A stretch of 22,671 nucleotides of DNA. It comes from Octopus sinensis (lineage: Eukaryota). Under the pieces are notes generated by a model. The model worked only from the letters and a program-made list of their open reading frames with translations. It did not search any database and was not told where the DNA came from. Position numbers and translations under genes: made by a program. Positions 21,878-22,671 of this stretch are shown here, one piece after another (position 1 is the first letter of the stretch; every line of letters starts with the position of its first letter). The stretch is taken from contig NW_021836773.1 in NCBI RefSeq assembly GCF_006345805.1, positions 1-22,671 of the forward strand, in the 5' to 3' direction.

Positions 21878-21883
<6 letters not shown>
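21734..21883. mobile_element. 150-bp inverted-repeat element (MITE-like), 34-bp arms, TA-flanked
   Basis: Left arm TTAGAAGAAATGAGGTACTCAGAAATTTGGATGG versus right-arm rc TTAGAAGAAAGAAGATACTCAGAAATCAGGATGG (29/34 identical). TA on both sides. Confidence 0.75.
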
Positions 21884-21921
<38 letters not shown>

Positions 21922-21925
<4 letters not shown>

Positions 21926-22131
21926 ATCCAAACATGAAAGCACAAAAAAAACACAACAACGCGAGGACGTGGAACAAATATAGTATTATTGGATTACGCT
22001 CAGGAAAGAAGGAAAAGGAGGGTTTTAACGTTTCGAGCGGAGCTCTTCGTCGGAAACATAGGAGAAGGAAAGATCCAGAGAAGGGAAGACAGAGGAAAAA
22101 AGCCAACGGTACACACGCGGTTACATTTTGA
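21922..22131 (-). mobile_element. ~210-bp Penelope-like pseudo-LTR unit with hammerhead, embedded in (TA)n
   Basis: Non-microsatellite unit bounded by (TA)n on both sides, with the acgtttcg...cttcgtcgg signature on the + strand. Confidence 0.62.
22022..22057 (-). ncRNA. Minimal type-I hammerhead ribozyme motif HH2
   Basis: Minus strand reads GTTT CCGACGA A GAGC-tcc-GCTC GAAACGTT AAAAC: core CCGACGA, helix II G10.1-C11.1 of 4 bp, GAAA, palindromic ACGT helix III, GUU cleavage triplet, and a 3-4 bp helix I (TTT/AAA). Confidence 0.8.
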
Positions 22132-22169
22132 ATGTATATATATGTATAATATATATATACATACACACA

Positions 22170-22330
22170 CACGGCGGAGTTCTGTCAGGTTCCTTCAACC
22201 AAATCCACTCAGAGGCCTTTGGTCAGCTCTAGGCTAAAGTAGAAGACATTTGCCCATGGTGCCACGCTCTTGAATTCTACGTGGAACCATGTGGCTGGAC
22301 GCAAACTTCTTACCACACAGCCACGCCTGC
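22170..22330 (-). mobile_element. SINE family 1, 5' half
   Basis: Minus strand reads gcaggcgtggctgtgtggtaagaag...gtggcaccatgggcaaatgtcttctac...gagtggatttgg, then (TG)n. Confidence 0.88.
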
Positions 22331-22671
22331 TTATAATAATAAAAGAAATGCCTGCTAATCGATACTTCAGTCCCAACAAATGATAATATTTCTCTAAAAT
22401 TATCTAAATACAAAGATCTGAAAATAAAGATAACCCAAATGCGGTTTTGTAAACAAAACATATAATTAGAGGGGATTTGGGAATGCTCAAAACTATGCAG
22501 ACAAATACACAGCCAAAAACCTTGGAGATATATGTTTGTATAACATACAGAAAATAGCATGCTAGGTACAGTATGCATATTATGTCGGGTACTTTCGATG
22601 CAGTAAAAATATGCGAATCCAAAACAAAAACGCTGCATATACCCGAGGGACCCAGATCTGTACTCGGCAGT

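Noticed and set aside
22440-22560. Possible AP-endonuclease motif (IIRGD.W/NA.) on the + strand
   Set aside because: Needs two frameshifts within a few codons, and no other endonuclease motifs are readable.

Overview
AT-rich eukaryotic DNA made almost entirely of repeats; I find no supportable host protein-coding gene. Most ORF-track entries (poly-Y/I/N/L/M, IYIY) are translated microsatellites. The SINE families and microsatellite load resemble coleoid cephalopod (Octopus-like) DNA, but that is inference. Contents: three decayed R4/Dong-like (RLE-type) LINE copies sitting next to (AAT)n or (CAT)n arrays, two of them missing the RT core; a Tc1 element with TIRs and TA TSD; a mariner C-terminal remnant; a full-length but decayed Chapaev3 (CMC) transposon with TAA TSD; a 5'-truncated, GC-rich Tx1/L1-clade LINE inserted in a (TATC)n array; a solo LTR; a 150-bp inverted-repeat element; and several tRNA-derived SINEs, one carrying a 9-unit 26-bp internal array. 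The most interesting signal is two minimal type-I hammerhead ribozyme motifs of the Penelope-like kind (7533-7584 on +, 22022-22057 on -). They lie in unrelated short repeat units but share the same non-canonical core CCGANGA+A (U4C) and a palindromic helix III that implies dimeric cleavage.
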